From: Podarcis gaigeae
Taxonomy: Eukaryota
NCBI GenBank assembly: GCA_964106915.2
Contig: OZ066915.1
Strand: one strand, 5' to 3'
Length of the DNA stretch: 64,000 nt
Shown here: positions 63,401-64,000 of the stretch, piece by piece
Position numbering within the stretch: the first letter of the stretch is position 1
How the letters are laid out: every line of letters starts with the position of its first letter
The notes under the pieces: generated by a model
Told to the model about the DNA's origin: nothing
Seen by the model: only the letters and a program-made list of their open reading frames with translations
The model's database searches: none
Translations under genes and position numbers: made by a program

Positions 63401-64000
63401 TTTCCCTTTCCATCCAAGAAATCCAAGAGAGATTCTCCAATTACAATTATGAGTAAGAGTCAGTCATAGAATTCTTCCAGTCCAACCTCACAACTTGACT
63501 TCCAGATTAAATATAACAATCTTCCCATTTCCTGTCACCCTAGCTTTCCGCTGCTATCTTTAAGATAGATTTACATTCTACCATTTCCTGTATTTCCCAA
63601 TCCTTTTTTTCAAGAGTATTTCAGGTGACATAGTTGCCTTTTCTTCTGAGATCATTCCAAATCTTGCACAGGGCTCACCTTCCATGGCATTAAAGTTTCT
63701 ATGGTCTTCTGCCACTGAGAAGCATTCAGCAATCAGATACAACCCAGGAAGCCACTTTGCAGCAATATTCTCCTGAAGCACTTGCCTGGCTCGCTTTTAT
63801 TGAAGGCTGCTGTTTACTTAGTAACCCCACTGTTTTGCAGAACCATCCATCTTGTTGATGTAAACCAGAAAGAAAGAGTTGATAGGCCTCAAAAGCCAAC
63901 ACTGTGGTAGCAACTGCTGAGGTGAGATAAGCCATGATAACAGGCATTTGCTGACGCTTCAGGAGTGATGGCGACTGACTGTTAAGGGATGAATATAATC

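Noticed and set aside
60500-64000. EXOC7 terminal exons and ORFs 63578-63947
   Set aside because: No EXOC7-like translation recognised; the ORFs are short and without identifiable motifs.

Overview
Eukaryotic (squamate) genomic DNA, most likely a lacertid lizard, judged from Sauria/POM-type SINEs, Squam3-like SINEs, Bov-B, L2 and Tc1/hAT MITEs. Two intact genes are arranged head-to-head as in the conserved SRP68-GALR2 block. SRP68 is on the minus strand (16 coding exons, 17456-37003, 618 aa, CpG-island promoter). GALR2 is on the plus strand (2 coding exons, 46760-49496, 386 aa). The main hidden signal is a ~15.7 kb decayed fatty-acid-synthase-like (type I FAS/PKS) megasynthase gene on the minus strand directly downstream of SRP68. 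Its KS, MAT, DH, pseudo-MT/pseudo-KR, ER and KR remnants lie in colinear order, several GT-AG sites are still in phase, and it runs off the left end of the window. A probable decayed ZACN (zinc-activated Cys-loop channel) lies at its expected syntenic position after GALR2, and there is a weaker hint of a second ZAC-like relic between SRP68 and GALR2. All protein alignments were made by eye against remembered human sequences and need confirmation by search.
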